Shown: piece by piece, positions 63,506-64,000 of the stretch
How the letters are laid out: every line of letters begins with the position of its first letter
Position numbering within the stretch: position 1 is the first letter of the stretch
Assembly (NCBI GenBank): GCA_977030845.1
Contig: OZ365110.1
Location: forward strand, 32,302,001-32,366,000
Length of the DNA: 64,000 nucleotides
Direction: 5' to 3'
Source of the DNA: Fimbriosthenelais zetlandica
Taxonomy: Eukaryota
Made by a program: the position numbers and the translations under genes
Notes under the pieces: model-generated
What the model was told of the DNA's origin: nothing
The model's input: the letters and a program-made list of their open reading frames with translations, nothing else
Databases searched by the model: none

Positions 63506-63600
63506 CTTGTAATGTTGGTTACTGTGGAACAAGCGCGGGGAGAGAGGCAGCACCGCCATCAATGTGGACATCATGGCGGCCGATATCAACAAACAATTCA
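63506..63600 (-). promoter_or_regulatory. Putative 5' leader exon of the PDZD7-like gene
   Basis: CpG-rich; strong donor AAG|GTGAGT at 63505; matching acceptor candidate at 61699 upstream of the main ATG. Confidence 0.45.
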
Positions 63601-64000
63601 GGTCTCACTACAGAGAATTGTACACTTTGAAAACGTTATGGATTTAAACGGATAAAACGCATGAAAGATAACATTAAAAATTGCTTTGTAGTAAATTTAA
63701 ATATATAAGATCATTTGTAAATATTAATCTTTCTTACAAGACACTTTAATATAATTGTAACACAATATGAATTTAATCCGTTTGCCAACGCCTGAAAAAC
63801 AGATTGCTCCGCGAAGCATGCTATGCGAGTTTACTTCAAAGATCTTACACCAGGTGGCAACACTGATCCCCCCTCTGACTTTGGAGGTGAGTGAGTTTTC
63901 AGTCTTTTGTTTTACAGATTTTTCATTGTTCCTAGCAGAAAGGATGGGAGCAAGTATCTTTGGGAAAAGGATAAAATTAACGATAAATCTTCAAGGCAAA

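Noticed and set aside
63290-63920. Plus-strand first exons (donors at 63376 and 63887) suggesting a head-to-head gene
   Set aside because: Only isolated splice-like words at the window edge; no CDS to anchor them.

Overview
AT-rich eukaryotic DNA with GT-AG introns and two assembly gaps; probably a marine invertebrate, since it carries MESC-like tRNA-derived SINEs as known from lophotrochozoans. 1-26 kb: no protein gene I can support. It holds microsatellites, many short MITE ends, a tandem tRNA-Gly(TCC) array with two intact and two broken copies, and a young 5'-truncated CR1/L2-group LINE. 26505-41419: a complete ~14.9 kb Kolobok-type DNA transposon with 13-bp TIRs and TTAA on both sides. 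It has two convergent spliced genes whose reading frames reconstruct without breaks: a DDE transposase (+) and an accessory protein (-) that joins a 9-Cys CXC domain to a P2X7-ballast-like Zn/guanine-nucleotide module. The element sits in a tandemly duplicated promoter-like module just upstream of FAM204A (42162-44511, +). 46655-61493 (-): a large PDZD7-like gene that also has a whirlin-type N-terminal HHD. Comparing the paralogous promoter copies shows short indels made of the palindromic words (TAGGCCTA, TAGATCTA) that are strongly over-represented around these promoters. All exon structures were inferred by hand from splice signals, phase and remembered family motifs; no database search was run.
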